Part shown: piece after piece, positions 61,201-64,000 of the stretch
How the letters are laid out: the number at the start of each line of letters is the position of its first letter
Position numbering within the stretch: position 1 is the first letter of the stretch
Origin: Tubiluchus corallicola
Lineage: Eukaryota > Animalia > Priapulida
DNA length: 64,000 nt
Direction of reading: 5' to 3'
Assembly: GCA_030141605.1 (NCBI GenBank)
Contig: JAQGDQ010000196.1
Span: forward strand, 62,001 to 126,000
Program-made: the position numbers and the translations under genes
Notes under the pieces: model-generated
The model's input: the letters and a program-made list of their open reading frames with translations, nothing else
Database searches by the model: none
What the model was told of the DNA's origin: nothing

Positions 61201-63964
61201 ATTTTGGATTTATGGTTATTTGTATGTAATACATATAAAAAGCATAATATGAAAATTTAATATACGGTGTTCGTCAAGGAGGCGTATTTTCTGCTTATCA
61301 TTTTCTTCATATAAAGACGACCTGACTAACAACTTATTTGTTCTAAAATCTGCTACATACAAATTGGGTAACCTTAGTATAAATCATGTTTTATATGCTA
61401 ACGACTTGTGTATATTAGCTCCCTCTGTACAAGCGTTGTAAAGTATTTTAAATGTTTGTTTAAACTATACTAATAATCGTGGCTTGATTTTTAATCAGTC
61501 TAAAATGTTTTATTTCCAATGACCTTTCGTGGCTGAAACAAAATTCTCACTTTATGTTATTCTCAATAAAACTTCAAAATTAAAGATAATCAGGCGAGAG
61601 AAAAAGTCAAACAGATTTTTAGACAGAATATTGATCAAATAAAGAACGAATTATAAATAATTATAACCTAAACAATTATACATGATTTATGTTTGTTAGG
61701 CCATACTATGATACTAGTAATAATTATGTCAACTAACCGAATACATTACGTCCTTCGATAATAACTTATTAATTTTCTAGCCATGTAGTTTCGATAAACA
61801 AAATTTTTTTTAAAATTGTGTATAAATTTGACGCCATTTTAATCTTAGTGAAACACTTACCTTAGCTTAGTTTAAACTTTATTTAATTTAGAATACAGAC
61901 TACGTCTGATACAGGTATCTCCACGGTGCAAGTGCTGAGTGCACAGTGTTAATAAAAGAATAATGGGCATCACAACTAATAATTATCACACTCGATTTGA
62001 TAAACCAATTGGCTCAGTTACAATCCAGATATACTGCTTAAACTTGTATACATTTGCAATATAAAATCAACTTTTAAATAACATCAGTAATAATTAAGCC
62101 CTGATGTAGTTAACGGTTATTTACTTACATTGTAGGTCCAATGATTTGGACTTTCCCGTGAGTCACAAAACTCGCAACGGTTGTTCGGATTTAGTTCAAG
62201 ATCTTCAAAACACTGTTCTTCTATTAGACACGTGCTGGACTAAAGTAAAGAATAGTCTTATAAAACACACAGAAAAGCAGCCTGCCTACCATTCTAAAAA
62301 CAGCTTATTTGCTCAAAAACGTATCCTATTATAAGCTATTATATCATTTCCTTGAGTGTTTTAACTTTTAAAGGGGAACATGACCCAATTTTAAACTATA
62401 ACTCAAAATAATCTCGTACATAAAATACAGAAACAAAGTTAAGAATGACATACGTGAAAGAATTATTATTATAGAAGTTTCGTTTCACGTTCGCACCTTG
62501 TTACATGCATTTCGCCATTTGCTAGTTACATTTATGACAGCATCCTGAATCTCAAGGCACATATTTATGAGGAAATCATCACACAGTGGTAAGCTTGTAA
62601 TTTGAATTTTTAAACTTAAAATTTGATGAATTCTTCCATCTCACACAAACACGTGCAACACGGTCGTGCAATGTTTGTGCTGTTGAAAATTACGTTCAGT
62701 TGTGACGTCATCACTAGCTGCGCTCGCTGTTCGTTAACTAAGTTTTTAGGCTATTATTAATTATCAGTTGTCGAGTAAATGAATGAAACAAGTTTAAATA
62801 ACATCAAGTGAAGTTCGAAAACATAATCAGAGCACTCGTAACGCACATTTCACTAACAAAACAAAATAAAAAATTACTTTATTATATCAATAAGCTCAAT
62901 ATATGCTTTTTGGAAAGCCAGTGGTGCACACTGGGAAGAATGAGTCAGAGACGTTTTACCAGCTGGCACAAATATTTTAAATTAGTAAGAATTTGCTTTT
63001 CTAGTGACATACGTTTTCAAACAGGCAAGTGAAAAGCTAAATGATATAACTTTGTATGGAAAATTTTTAGGACCTATCTTAAAATTCACTGATTCCTTTG
63101 CCTTCTCCTTTAATCTCAACACTACGCTCAGAAATTGCAATAAACAAACCTTTTGTGTCCAGGAGGTAGTGGAACTTGCTGGATCACAAACTAAACATTC
63201 TTTGCCGGGTTGTGGAGCTTGTGGTCCAAAACACTCGCCATTTATTTCGCAGCTGTTAGGCTGAATAATAACGACAATAAAAGTCACAAAAATATGAATG
63301 GCAACAATTACAATGGCAACAATTACAATGGCAATATTAATCATGTGTCAAATGGAGAAATAGGTAGTTAAACGGCAAAAAGAAAAAGCCTTTTCACAAT
63401 TTTGTAATTGACGCACAAATATGTGCGGGTCAAAGGTTAAGTGTATCACAGCAACGTGTTTTAAATACGTCCATAACGTGACAAGTGGTTAAAGCACAGT
63501 CATCTACCGCATCAGTTCAGTAACTTCAGTTGCTTAACGTGAACTTTGCTTAATTATGCGCTAGTCTGTGCATAGAGTAATTTACTGGCAGGATCTTGCT
63601 TGGGAACAATAAAAAATGAACTAGGTAAAGTTTTAGTTAGCTGTTAAAACAGTTACGATTACAACAGCATGGGCTGCGAGGTGTTGTCAAGTGTACACAA
63701 ATGTGTTGTCTGGTACATTTAACCTTTGACCTTTTCACGGTCACCATCAATCGCTGGAATCGTGAAAAGGCTTACTGTGAACACTTGAAAGGGGAAAGTT
63801 TTAGAGGTCTCATACTGGGCTGTATGGAAGGCCAGCGTATTGAAAGTACTTACATTTACCGACCAGACTGATGTTGAATAAGACACATTGCACATTTCAC
63901 ACACATCATTCGGGTTGATTTCTCCGTCGTTGAAACATTCGCTTGATATCAAACACGAATCATC
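58112..63964 (-). CDS. 3' end of a modular Cys-rich protein with C-terminal chitin-binding type 2 (CBM14/peritrophin-A) domain; 5' part beyond the window
   Basis: Exons 63964-63854, 63260-63150, 62239-62129 (each 111 bp, phase 0-0), 59172-59112 (Thr-rich linker) and 58281-58112 (CBM14, stop) join in frame with GT-AG ends. Confidence 0.85.
58745..58883. repeat. (CCAT)n microsatellite
   Basis: Direct reading. Confidence 0.95.
59112..59172 (-). CDS. Thr/Pro-rich linker exon
   Basis: [20 protein letters not shown]; atgcag acceptor, G|GTATAA donor; phase 0 to 1 bridges the flanking exons. Confidence 0.7.
59755..60633 (+). mobile_element. Penelope-like element remnant: GIY-YIG endonuclease C-terminus between inverted pseudo-LTR arms
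   Basis: About 60195-60440 reads [27 protein letters not shown]...DFNNFNIV...[10 protein letters not shown]...KPSL...SIPLTL; arms 59755-59965 (-) and 60534-60633 (+) are mutual inverted repeats. Confidence 0.75.
61262..61505 (+). mobile_element. Decayed LINE reverse transcriptase core
   Basis: [11 protein letters not shown]...DDL...[29 protein letters not shown]...LIFNQSK (YADD motif decayed). Confidence 0.8.
62129..62239 (-). CDS. Cys-rich 37-aa module exon
   Basis: Not in the ORF track; [37 protein letters not shown]; ctttag acceptor, GTAAGT donor. Confidence 0.85.
62368..62766 (-). mobile_element. MITE family A-related, diverged and inverted
   Basis: Contains the reverse-complement family blocks gttacatgcatttcgccatt and aaacacgtgcaacac. 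Confidence 0.6.
63150..63260 (-). CDS. Cys-rich 37-aa module exon
   Basis: [37 protein letters not shown]; attcag acceptor, GTTTGT donor. Confidence 0.85.
63854..63964 (-). CDS. Cys-rich 37-aa module exon
   Basis: [37 protein letters not shown]; ttttag acceptor, GTAAGT donor. Confidence 0.85.
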
Positions 63965-64000
63965 CTAAAATGCAAACACAGACAAACCCTGTAACCCAGC

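Overview
AT-rich invertebrate animal genomic DNA with spliceosomal introns; the taxon cannot be fixed from the sequence. Three protein-coding genes can be rebuilt by hand with consistent GT-AG boundaries and exon phases. (1) The 3' half of capicua (cic), + strand, 11 exons from 1 to 13837, including the C1 domain. (2) A complete Mnx/HB9 homeobox gene, - strand, 3 exons from 48769 to 25937, about 231 aa, with a first intron of about 20 kb. (3) The 3' end of an unnamed modular, probably extracellular gene, - strand, 63964 to 58112: at least three symmetric 111-bp Cys-rich exons, a Thr-rich linker and a terminal chitin-binding (CBM14) domain. The rest is MITEs (TTAA/Kolobok-like, piggyBac-like, Tc1/mariner, pogo, hAT), decayed LINE and Penelope fragments, minisatellites and candidate enhancers. 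Main observations: two families of Penelope-type minimal hammerhead-ribozyme motifs in outward-facing inverted repeats, one with a U3-A8 variant core lying sense in a cic intron 76 nt before a splice acceptor; an 8-fold tandem amplification of a cic splice donor in which every extra donor gives a truncated product; and an inverted MITE pair bracketing the last cic coding exon. All homology calls come from recalled motifs, not database searches.
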